Shown in pieces: positions 25,266 to 35,413 of a DNA stretch of 64,000 nt. The stretch is taken from the NCBI RefSeq assembly GCF_963506605.1, contig NC_083276.1, positions 11,594,001 to 11,658,000 of the forward strand, written 5' to 3'. The notes below the pieces were generated by a model, which worked only from the letters and a program-made list of their open reading frames with translations, had not been told where the DNA came from and did not search any database. A program made the translations under genes and the position numbers. The DNA comes from Zootoca vivipara (lineage: Eukaryota). Each line of letters begins with the position of its first letter. The stretch's first letter is position 1.

Positions 25266-26057
25266 CAGGGGCGAACCCAGGATCAAAACTGGGGGGGGGG
25301 AGCCATGGTCGTTCAGGTTGTGACATGTCAGCACGGAAAAGGCGAATGAAACCAAAATTTTAAGAAAATTATATATAATTATAGCAGTGCTTTATTATGG
25401 TAGTTATTACAATTATTTGCTTGAATTTTTTTTTAAATTTTTTTTCTAGTTACATGTCTTATACTAATATCATTTTTCTTGGGTTCGAAGAAAACTTGTT
25501 CAAAACTTTCGTTTCAATCCAGTCCTGATTTTCCTTGAAGAATTTCCGATGGACACTCATCAAACACAACTGTCCTCTCCCATTGTACTTCTGAGCCAGG
25601 TCTTTACCCTTTAAAATTTAATTTTCTACAGAAATTACTTAACTTACCTTTTTGGAACCAGTTTCTTATATCCATTTAGGCAGCCGTGATGTCTTCTAAA
25701 TGTAAATAAGAAGATAAACTAATAGTGGGCGGCTCAGTTTAGCGGCGGGCGGCTCAGTTTAGTGACGCGGAACTCACTAGACCCCTCTAGAAGATTCCCT
25801 CTTCTCTCTGCTAGAGCCCGCTAGAGACCTCTCCCTCCCTTGAATCCCAATGGCGGGCTGACATAGATTCCTCTACCAGTCGCTAGGTGGCTCTAGATAC
25901 TTCTCGGTTTTTACACCATTTCAGTGTGGTAAACAACTGATTCTTCACCATTGCCCTACCTAATTTTGTTTCGTTTCATCACTTTATAACCATTTATTAT
26001 AATTTTTTGCTTCTGGGGGGGCAGCTGCCCCCCTGCCCCTCACTGGGTATGCCCATG
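25266..26057. mobile_element. hAT non-autonomous element nested in an older element
   Basis: Perfect TSD GTGTGAGA at 25258-25265 and 26058-26065; imperfect TIR CAGGGGCGAACCCAG / CTGGGTATGCCCATG. Confidence 0.85.
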
Positions 26058-26956
26058 GTGTGAGACGTGGGGTGGCGGGTGGGTGCTGAATTATAGCGTC
26101 GAACAGGGCACTGCTGAAATCTGAGCGCCCAATTCTGCCACTGTTTGGAGACACCCAACATCCCTCTGGTTGCATGTTATGGAGAAAGATCAGTTTCAGT
26201 GGGCAAGTTTGTCCTTCAGGAAAGCTAGTCCATTGTTACTGCTCTTTCCGTGAAGATGGAGTGATTAGGTAGAGAGAGCGAGAGCGTGCAAGGGTTCTTT
26301 AATAGTTTTAAAGAGGATATTTCAACAGGCCTAGATTCTCATGCAACTATTAAGTGTACAAGAGAGCTCTCCTGCACCTGGGCTTACCCTTCTTGGGTGA
26401 CCCCTGACAAGTTCCTGAGAACTCAAGAGTTCTAATATTTCACACACATTATCATAGGAAGCTGCCTTGTGGTCAGGCTGGTTGCCCATATAGCACAGTA
26501 TCGCCTACTCGGACTGGCAGTAGCTCTCCAGGTTACGATCCCCAGAACTCAGGTTGTGCTAAGTGACTGCAGAGGTGTTGAACTGCTGAGCTCCGAAGCA
26601 CTTGTAAAAGGGCATTTCCGCTTTCTGTATTTTGCTCTATGATTTCATTCCAACTTATGGCCTTGCTAGATATACTACCACACCAGTACAAAGAAAGAAT
26701 GAAAGCAACAATTTCCACCCTCCCTTCCCAACAGGTGGGCGGGGTTTGCGACTCCGAGGGGGCTTACCTGGTCTGGTGCCTCCCACCTGGGTCAGAGTGG
26801 CTATCATCCCGCCCCCGGCCTGGGAGAACAATGGACGGCTGGCTGGGGGTGGGGCGAAGGCCAAGGGAAAGAGGCCCTTTGGCCAAACCTCACTTAGTTT
26901 CTTCCTCTTCCAGGTTTGGTTTGGAATATTGGTCTCCAGTTTCTATCTTTCTGCAG

Positions 26957-27157
26957 GTGAAAGAAGTCGGGGTTTTGATCAGCAACTGCAGCTGCTTAGC
27001 TAAGGATCTCTGGAAAACCTTCAAAACCTATTGGGATCTTGGGGAACCAAATGCCACCATCCCAACTCCATGGCCGAGCAATTATTCTACCAATATCAAC
27101 AGCCACAATCCTTTGGAAGTGCAGTTAAATGGAACCAGCACTGAAGCTTATTTTTCT
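26957..27157 (+). CDS. PLD4: PLD4 exon (VKEVGVLISNCSCLAKDLWKTFKTYW...AYFS)
   Basis: AG/GT boundaries; 201 nt, phase 0/0. Confidence 0.95.
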
Positions 27158-27230
27158 GTAAGCAGACAGTTCCTAAGCATGTTTTCCTCAGATTAACCCC
27201 ACTGAATTCAGTGGGATTTACTCTCTAGTA

Positions 27231-27715
27231 CAGTGTTTCTCAACCTTTTTTGGGCCAAGGCACACTTGTTCCATGAAAAAAATCACGAGGCACACCACCA
27301 TTAAAAAAGTTAAAAAATTTAACTCTGTGCCGCCCTATATTGACTATATAATTATGACTGTATGAAACACTTGCCAATTGCTGTGTTGGTTGCAATCTCC
27401 TGTAATAAGGCTTCACAAGCCGCTGATTTCTCTGCCAGCACAATCCTTTGCTCAGCAAGTTTCAGGTTGAGCTCATCCAGCCAGCTTCTTTAAGTTTGTC
27501 TAAAACCACCCTCCCGTGGTGGTGGCTGTTGAGAGCTGCGCTGGCCCCGCGTCGTGACCCGGCCGGCTTCCTTTCCGGCGGGTCAGTGTTGAATATTGGC
27601 GGCCGCCAGGCACGTGACAATGCAAATCGCCCTTCTCGTCGCCGCACGTCGCGGCACACCAGCCAGCGTCTCGCGGCACACTAGTGTGCCGCGGAACAGC
27701 GGTTGAGAAACGCTG
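27231..27715. mobile_element. hAT (Charlie-type) non-autonomous element
   Basis: TIR CAGTGTTTCTCAACC / GGTTGAGAAACGCTG; perfect TSD CTCTAGTA at 27223-27230 and 27716-27723. Confidence 0.92.
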
Positions 27716-27733
27716 CTCTAGTAAGTGTGCATA

Positions 27734-29048
27734 CCGTGTTTCCCCTTTTTTAATACGTAGTCAAAAAGTAAGGCATGGCAGGGTTTTTAATCGTTTGAGA
27801 AACGTAAGACATACCCCGAAAATAAGCCATACTTCCGCGACGTGCGGAGCAAGACCACCTAGCGCCCCAGCCAGCTAGCAGGACCCAGTACGCCGGCCGC
27901 AACAGGAGGAGGAAGCCTGCCGGGTTGGGTCGGTGCCCGGAAGCGGCGGCTGCTGCTGCAGCGCCGATAAAGCGTGCAGCAGTGCCGCACGGAACACTGA
28001 GGGCACAAGCCAGCAGGACCCAGCTCCTGCAATGCCGGCCGTGGCAGGAGGAGGAAGCCTGCCAGGTCGGGTTGGCGCTCGGAAGCGGCGGCGGCTGCAG
28101 CGCTGACAAAGCGCGAAGCAGCACCGCTCTCCCTCTCTGTGTGGGTGTCAGTCTCTTTCTGTGTGTGTGTGTGCGCGCGTCTCTCTCTCTCTCTCCCCCC
28201 CGTGCGTCTTTCTCTCCCCCCCCTGTGTGCGCGTCTGTCTCTCTCTGTTTGTGATCGCGTCTCTCTCCCCCCCCCCGACAGAGAAAAGGTGCCGCGCAGG
28301 TTCCTCTTCGGCTCGTCATTCAGCTGCCCCAGCCTCCTCGCCGAGAGCTGACGCCGCTCCTCTCCTCCTCCTTCCCTTTCCCCCCCCTCCTTCCGTCGGT
28401 CCGTCAGTTGGGGTTGCGCGCGCCAGAGCCGCAGTCCCAAGCCTCGTCCCCCTCGCGCTTCCCTCACTAACATCTCGGAGCAGGACGGGTCCCAGCCTCC
28501 CTCCTCATTCCCCGGCCAGCGTGAGAGAGCCCGGGGAGCAGCCTCTATACCTCTGCGCGCACACACACACGGCCGCCGCTGCCTTCGAAGCCATGGCAGC
28601 AAGCGGCAAGCCGAAGCAGGAGGAGAAGCACCTAAAGCTGCTGAGGGAGATGAGCAGCCTCCCAGTGCTCCCACCCAATCGCGAGTGCTTCGACTGCGAC
28701 CAGCGCAGTCCCACCTACACTGACATGACGGTGGGCAGCTTCGTGTATACCTCCTGCTCCACCTCACAGAGTGAAGTCCCCCCCGTCCCCCCCGTGTGCA
28801 CGTCTGTCTCCTAGGCAGGTGGCCATCCAGCCTCAGCTTAGAAGCCTCCAAGGAAGGAGAGCCCTTGATTCAGGATGGGGGAGGAGGGGAAACGGAGAGA
28901 ATAGAAGAGGCAGAAAATGCGCGCGGGAGAGAGCGCCAAGTTGTACCGGCACTTAAATAAAAAAAGACACCCCCTGAAAATAAGCCACCGTGTGCTTTTT
29001 TGAGGAAAAAAAGTTGTAAGACGGTGTCTTAAAAAGGGGGAAACACGG
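27734..29048. mobile_element. Tc1/mariner-superfamily (Tc2/pogo-type) non-autonomous transposon carrying captured host DNA
   Basis: TA|CCGTGTTTCCCCTTTTTTAA ... TTAAAAAGGGGGAAACACGG|TA; subterminal repeats AAGACA..CCCC.GAAAATAAGCCA near both ends. Confidence 0.9.
28593..28760 (+). pseudogene. AGFG1: Captured AGFG1 (HRB) exon-1 fragment inside the transposon
   Basis: GCCATGG then MAASGKPKQEEKHLKLLREMSSLPVLPPNRECFDCDQRSPTYTDMTVGSFVYTSCS, recognisably the AGFG1 ArfGAP N-terminus; third zinc-binding Cys is replaced by Tyr and there is a 3-aa insertion. Confidence 0.85.
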
Positions 29049-29148
29049 TAGGATTACAATGAAACCTTCTGTAGGAAATGTTTATCCTCATAGAAAAAAC
29101 ATGGGGATCAATAGAGGATGTATTAATTAAACTTCTCCTTTGCTCTAG

Positions 29149-29288
29149 GCTTCTCCTGCTTCCTTTTGTCCAGGGGGTCGCACTTTTGATCTTGTGGCAG
29201 TTCTCGATGTTATCTACGGTGCAGAAAAATTTGTCTATGTCTCCATTATGGATTATTTCCCTACGAGCCGCTTCAGACACCCACCAAG
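29149..29288 (+). CDS. PLD4: PLD4 exon (ASPASFCPGGRTFDL...SIMDYFPTSRFRHPP)
   Basis: AG/GT boundaries; homologous to PLD4 ASPPALCPQGRTRDL. Confidence 0.95.
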
Positions 29289-29455
29289 GTATGAAGCGAA
29301 ACCTGAATATGTGTGCACCCTTTTATATTCTTAGCTAAATGCTAATTGGTTGTATGACCGCTCCCCGCACCATCAGCTCTAAATTACACAGGTTTTGGGG
29401 TGTCGCATTGTAAAAGCTATGTAGGTCAGCCTGGGCTTCATGGGATAATAATGTA

Positions 29456-29697
29456 CAGTGGTACCTCAACTTACGAATTTAATGCGTTCCGAACGCACAT
29501 TCGTAAGTCAAAAAAAAGGTAAGTCGAATCCCATAGGAATGCATTGGGAGAAAAAATTCGTAAGTCGAAGCAACCCTATCTAAAAATTCATAAGTCAAAA
29601 AAATTCTATCTAAACCGCATCCAAGATGGCGGACGGAGCTCCGTTCGTAAGTAGAAACATTTGTAAGTAGAGTTATTCGTAAGTCGAGGTACCACTG
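29456..29697. mobile_element. Tigger/mariner MITE
   Basis: TA|CAGTGGTACCTC...GAGGTACCACTG|TA; inverted copy at 37938-38180. Confidence 0.9.
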
Positions 29698-30088
29698 TAG
29701 TTAAAGACAGCTAGCTAGCACCAGAAGCTGTTACTTCTCTGCTTTAGTAGGAAGCCCCAAACCGAATAGTTCTTGTGTCTATAAAGCTGTTTGTGGCTGC
29801 TGTTCACTTGGACTGGTGAGGTGTAAGGCAGGAGGCCAACAGTAGGTGGAGCTAGAGCCAATGCTAGGCAGAGCCAAGGAATTATAGTTTCCTTCCCATG
29901 CTCCTCCCGAGTTCTACAAGGGCAATTGAGATGGAGGAGGAGGAAGCTGACAGCTAGTACCACCCTCTGGTTTGGTTGTGAGCAAGAAGACAGGCGGGTG
30001 GGGTGGGGGGCTGAAACTGAGGTTAATGGGGCAGTACCCATTTGCCCTTATGGTCCAACCTTCACTAATTACAACGTTGTTTTTGTAG

Positions 30089-30254
30089 ATACTGGCCACC
30101 CATCGACAATGCTCTGAGAAGTGTGGCGTTCCACCAAAATATACACATACGGCTTTTAATCAACTGCTGGGTCCATACTGATCCTTCCATGTTTCGTTTC
30201 TTGGAGTCACTGAGTGTCCTTACCGATCCACATGCCAACATCACAATCGAAGTG
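30089..30254 (+). CDS. PLD4: PLD4 exon (YWPPIDNALR...ANITIEV)
   Basis: AG/GT boundaries; phase-2 join AG+A=Arg. Confidence 0.95.
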
Positions 30255-31176
30255 GTAAAACAAGCATGCTTTTGGGCCATGGGCTCCTTACAGATGCATG
30301 GGGCTCCTTACACATGTATCATGTTCCTGGTATTGACAGTGACTTATGTAGCTTGTACACCAAGTTTTAAGGGTCTTTTCTGGGTCATATACCATAGTGT
30401 CAAATGCGAACATGACAACCCTCAGACTCTCTTGCTTTTTCTGCACCTATAAAGCCAACTTTTAAAAAAATCTACGATGGCTAGAACTGGACTGCAGTTT
30501 TAAAATGCTTTTCTTCTGTTTCCTATCCATGTAGGATGTCTTCCCATAGGAATAATGGGAGTGATGCACAAATGCACTTTTTGTGTTGTGTGTGCTAATG
30601 TCACAAGAAGGAAAGAGGAAGTGTTACATGGCTAGATGGGAAAAAAAATCTCAGGATGAAATGGGCTGAAAAGTTATTTCTCCCTACTGTAAAAACTGTA
30701 AACATCAACAATGATGTTGGGGAAATGTCAACAATCCAATTAATAAATTTTAAAATGTAAACAAATTTATAGATTGCTAAACCTAAAGTGCGTTCCCCCC
30801 TCCCCCAGTAGGAAATAAATCACAATTTAATAAACAAAAATTTCTTCTCACAGTTAAGAAGAAAAAATAAATTTTGGTTAAAATTAGTAATATGGATCGT
30901 TTTCCATTCATGTAGCAGAGCCAAAATAGAAATGAGCTTAAAGCACATTATAGTGCTAACAGTTGTGTTGCTATGGGTTTTCACTGTGTTGATATAAATG
31001 ACAATTTTACCATATGATGTGCAGTAAAATCAGTCTTGCTCTTTGATGATACAGATAGTGACTACAGACAGTCTCTACATGTATATTTTAGCCTGCCATC
31101 ATCTTTTTTTGTAAACCACATTGAGGTTTCTTTTCCTATAATCAAGTGGTATATCAATTAAATACATTCTCTTTCG

Positions 31177-31761
31177 CAAAATAGAAAAAAATTCCTTCAG
31201 TAGCACCTTAAAGACCAACTAAGTTTTTTGTTTTGGTATGAGCTTCAGCTCTCTATATTGGACAAACAGGCCAAACCCTACGCCAAAGGATAAATGGACA
31301 TAAATCTGACATCAGGAACCATAAGACAGAGAAACTAGTAGGAGAACACTTCAATCTCCCAGGACATTCTATACAAGATCTCAAAGCAGCTGTTTTATTA
31401 CAGAGAAATTTCAGGAACAGACTGGAAAGAGAAGTTGCTGAATTGGAACTCATTACCAAGCTTAAAACCATGGAGCCACCTAGGATGAATAGGGACATCA
31501 GATTCTTATCTCATTATGCATGATCAAGCTTTCTTTAGCGCCTCAGCCCTTGCTTCCCCCCCCCAGGACTAATTGCAGTAATCAGCAGTCGTTAACAGCC
31601 ATCTCAGGTTTACCACTCCCATCAGCCCATCACCCATTCCCACCCACCCCCACCACCCTCTGTATATATATATATATAAGACCAACTAAGTTTTTGTTTT
31701 GGTATGAGCTTTCGTGTGCATGCACACTTCTTCAGATACACTAGAAACAGAAGTGTCAGAC

Positions 31762-31811
<50 letters not shown>

Positions 31812-31963
31812 GTCTGACACTTCTGTTTCTAGTGTATCTGAAGAAGTGTGCATGCACACGAAAGCTCATACCAAAACAAAAACTTAGTTGGTCTTTAAGG
31901 TGCTACTGAAGGAATTTTTTTCTATTTTGCTTCGACTCAGACCAACACGGCTACCTACCTGTA
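31177..31963. mobile_element. Penelope-like element: GIY-YIG endonuclease fragment and inverted pseudo-LTR segments
   Basis: + strand 31251-31523 reads LYIGQTGQTLRQRINGHKSDIRN...GEHFNLPGHS...; 13-bp flanking duplication ACATTCTCTTTCG at 31164-31176 and 31964-31976. Confidence 0.9.
31834..31871 (+). ncRNA. Minimal type I hammerhead ribozyme motif of the Penelope pLTR (mirror copy on - at 31702-31739)
   Basis: GTAT-CTGAAGA-a-GTGTG CATG CACAC-GAAA-GCTC-ATAC: stem I, CUGANGA core, stem II, GAAA and palindromic AGCU stem III. Confidence 0.75.
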
Positions 31964-32525
31964 ACATTCTCTTTCGTTAGCCATGCTGCCATGGGAGTTG
32001 CAGTTGAGGGCCCCATGTTGCCTACCTCTGCTCTATGCTACAAATGACCAATTCAGTCATGGCCACCTGATCTGTGGCAAAAAACCCCCTCTTTACCGCT
32101 TGACAGGACAACCGTCTTGGTTTGGCCACTGACAGAATCAGAGAGTGGCAGAAGGTCTTGTAGGCCATCCATTTAGTCTCTGCTTGAAGATATCCAGTGA
32201 CCAGTGCTTTTTCCCCCCTTGAAAAAGAGGCGCAGGTACTCACCATTAAGTTGTTACAGTAAGTGCCACACTTTTTAACAACAACAAAAAGAGATGCTGG
32301 TACTGCGTACCTTTGAGTATGCCCTGGGGGGAACCACTGTCAGTGATGGAGAGCCTACCTCCTCTGTAGGGAACCACTGGTTCCATTGCCAAACTTCTGT
32401 AACCAGGATTCTTCTAAATCTATCCTCCGGTAGCTCAAGCCCATTAGATGAAGTCCTACCATCTGTGATAGCAGGGAACAAGTATTTGCCCTCGTGTCGT
32501 GTAGAGAGCCAGTGTGGTGTAGTGT

Positions 32526-32526
32526 A

Positions 32527-32582
<56 letters not shown>

Positions 32583-32940
32583 TATTATATATACCCCGCC
32601 AATCTGGCTGGGTTTCCCCAGCCACTCTGGGTGGCTTCCAACCGAATATTAAAAACAGTACAGCATCAAACATTAAAAACTTCCCTAAACAGGGCCGCCT
32701 TCAGTTGTCTTCTAAATGTAAAATAATTGTTTATTGCCTTGACATCTGCTGGGAGGGCGTTCCACAGGGCGGGTGCCACTACCGAGAAGGCCCTCTGCCT
32801 GGTTCCCTGCAACTTGGCTTCTCGCAATGAGGGAACCGCCAGAAGGCCCTCGGTGCTGGATCTCAGTGCCCGGGCTGAATGGTGGGGGTGGAGATGCTCC
32901 TTCAGGTATACAGGACTAAGGCTGTTTAGTGCTTTAAAGT
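32526..32940 (-). mobile_element. L2-clade LINE 3' fragment inserted into the head of a SINE
   Basis: ORF 32666-33058 region reads FKALNSLSPVYLKEHL...RAFSVVAPALWNALP; (AAT)n tail. Confidence 0.78.
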
Positions 32941-33190
32941 GTAAAAGCGGTAGTCTCGTAATCTGGGGAACTGGGTTCGCGTCTCCGCTCCTCCACATGC
33001 AGCTGCTGGGTGACCTTGGGCTAGTCACACTTCTTTGAAGTCTCTCAGCCCCACTCACCTCACAGAGTGTTTGTTGTGGAGGAGGAAGGGAAAGGAGACT
33101 GTTAGCCGCTTTGAGACTCCTTCAGGTATTGATAAAGCAGGATATCAAATCCAAACTCCTCCTCCTCCTCCTCCTCCTCCTCCTCCTCCT
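32941..33190 (+). mobile_element. tRNA-derived Squam3-like SINE (5' end at ~32505-32525, split off by the L2), with (CCT)n tail
   Basis: GAGCCAGTGTGGTGTAGTG...CTGGGTTCG box A/B-like head; second copy on - at ~63373-63620. Confidence 0.65.
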
Positions 33191-33554
33191 CTTTTTATGT
33201 TTGAAGAGTACTTCTCCAGGCTAAATACAACAAACTCTTCCAAGCTTTCCTCATAGGTCTTCTTTCCTGTACAGTTGACCATCTTCGTTGCCCTCCTCAT
33301 CTGTGCCTATTGAGATGATGTGCACCCAAAAGGCACTATTAAATGCAAAGCTCTCTTGTTATCTTTAGCAGTGGCTTTTTCCTTTTCCTTTTACTGGCGA
33401 ATATAAGTGGAAAGTCTGCTCTACCTTAGCCAAAAGCTATTCCTACTTTATTTCCATTATTTGGAAAAGGCAGGCAATTGTTGGAAACTCATAAAGTCAT
33501 CTGTGTTTAATTCCCACTCATGGTAGACATGTTTTCATATTTACATCTTACCAG

Positions 33555-33651
33555 AAAATCTTCACTGTTCCAGTTGGAAATCACACAAACATCCCCTTTG
33601 CAAGGCTGAATCACAGCAAATATATGGTGACTGACAAGGCAGTCTATATTG
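33555..33651 (+). CDS. PLD4: PLD4 exon with second catalytic motif (NHSKYMVTDKAVYI)
   Basis: ccag acceptor, GTAAGT donor; HxKxxxxD. Confidence 0.96.
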
Positions 33652-33741
33652 GTAAGTGTTGTGGTCTGGTAGAGATTGTGGTCCATGTAGAAGTCAGCTA
33701 TACAGCTGCAAATATAACATTTTAAGTGCATTATACAAATG

Positions 33742-33901
33742 CAGTGCTCCCCCCCTAAAAATATATATATTTAGGGGTACTCTCTTTTCCTACTCAGGAG
33801 TACTCTCATTTTCCTACTCATATTGAAATACTGCCCCTCAAATACGCCAAACTTAGATTCACAAAATGCGTACCCCTGCATCCCCCCAGAAAAAAGCACT
33901 A
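33742..33901. mobile_element. hAT MITE nested in an older repeat
   Basis: TSD TACAAATG/TACAAATC; the empty-site version of the host repeat is visible at 62064-62230. Confidence 0.72.
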
Positions 33902-34308
33902 TACAAATCTGACACTAGATGGCGATGGTGAGCTTATGGCAAATTCAATATATTTTTCAAAATGTTTTTTTTAAAAAAAGCATTTTCACAGCATTTTAAA
34001 ATATGTGTCTAGATTCCACCCTGGAGCACATTGCAATAATCAAGTCTTGAGGTTACTAGTGCATGAATCACCACGTCCAAGAATAGCCATAAGCTGGTAA
34101 AAAGCACTCTTAGCGATTCACATTAGTTTTGTGGGTCCTTATTTTAAGGTCTTTACTCTGCAGGGGATTCCTTGGGGCTTTTCTTGACACTGGATCCTGC
34201 CTGTTTCAATCTCTTCCCTTTCCCTCTCCCTCTCCCTCTGCAGCTTTAGCATCAAGTGAATATGCTAGCAATAGTGCTTTCGATTGTTCGAAACCAGAAC
34301 TCTTATAC

Positions 34309-34505
34309 CACGGGTAGGCGAACTAAGGCCCGGGGGCCAGATCCGGCCCAATCGCCTTCTAAATTCAGCCCGTGGATGGTCTGGGAATCAGCGTGTTTTT
34401 ACATGAGTAGAATGTGTACTTTTATTTAAAATGCATCTCTGGGTTATTTGTGGGGTCTGAGGGACAGTGGACCGGCCCCCTGCTGAAAAAGTTTGCTGAC
34501 CCTTG
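34309..34505. mobile_element. hAT (Charlie-type) MITE
   Basis: TSD TCTTATAC/TCTTACAC; imperfect TIRs. Confidence 0.75.
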
Positions 34506-34604
34506 TCTTACACATTTGCCATAACAGGGAAATTTGACCTCTTTTTTGTGTGACTAAAATAAAATTGCACCCTTATATACACTCTGTATTTTATACATCT
34601 CTAG

Positions 34605-34813
34605 GAACTTCTAACTGGTCAGAAGAATACTTCAGCGTCACTGCAGGTGTGGGACTGGTTGCCAAGCAGTCTTCAGCAGACGCCACAAAGAGAAACCCTA
34701 CAGTACAGGAGCAACTGAGGACTCTCTTTGAACGAGACTGGAATTCCAAATATTCGGTAAAAATGGAAGACCTGCCTGGGCAGAAAGACTGTGCTTGGGA
34801 AGATGGATTTTAA
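34605..34813 (+). CDS. PLD4: PLD4 last coding exon (GTSNWSEEYF...FERDWNSKY...KDCAWEDGF*)
   Basis: ctag acceptor; GTSNW motif; TAA at 34811-34813. Confidence 0.95.
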
Positions 34814-35022
34814 AGTTATTTTAAAAGCTAAAATATTATTATTATTTATTGCTAATGGGAATTCAGTTACAGTATGAGCTTTCTGCATGTGAAATTTAGG
34901 ATTGTTGCGGATTTGCCAGATGATGAATGTTCAGTTTGTCTCAAACCTTGATCACGGAGTAGTCCTGTTCACAAATTTCATTTTTATGGAATTGTATAGC
35001 TGGAAGGAAATTTGGGTGTCAT

Positions 35023-35413
35023 CAGGGCCGTCTTTAGCACATGTGCTGCTGGGGTGCAAAGATCTGCCCTGAGCCCCCCAAATTAACTTTAACTGAGCTT
35101 TTTTGGGGAGGGGGGAAGCCAAAATTATTGACATTTTTTTAGGGGGGTGAACTTTTTTTGGGGGGGGGAACTGCTCACCTGTAACAATGATGCAGCAGGG
35201 AAAAACTGCTTGTGTTACCTGACTCGTCGGGAATATTTGACGCTACCGAGTAATAGAGCGGAGGAGGAGGGGGGCGGGGACTTTCGCTCCATTGCTTTTC
35301 ACTGCTGCTGATTGAGAGGGACTGATATACAGTCGGTATAAATACTTGCCGCCCCCAGAATTTGGCGTCTGGGTGCCTTGCTCCACTTGCACCCCCGGGT
35401 AAAGACGGCCCTG
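35023..35413. mobile_element. hAT non-autonomous element inserted in a CR1 remnant just downstream of the PLD4 stop
   Basis: TIR CAGGGCCGTCTTTA / TAAAGACGGCCCTG; degenerate 8-bp TSD. Confidence 0.8.

Noticed and set aside
26639-26956. In-frame open intronic extension upstream of PLD4 exon 7
   Set aside because: No recognisable homology; the canonical acceptor at 26955-56 explains the gene.
27750-28851. 330-aa and 189-aa minus-strand ORFs
   Set aside because: They are products of GC-rich, low-complexity cargo within the transposon; the recognisable coding signal is on +.
29456-29697. Regularly spaced TTCGTAAGT repeats resembling a CRISPR-like array
   Set aside because: These are short subterminal repeats within a TA-flanked Tigger MITE in a eukaryotic intron, with no cas genes.
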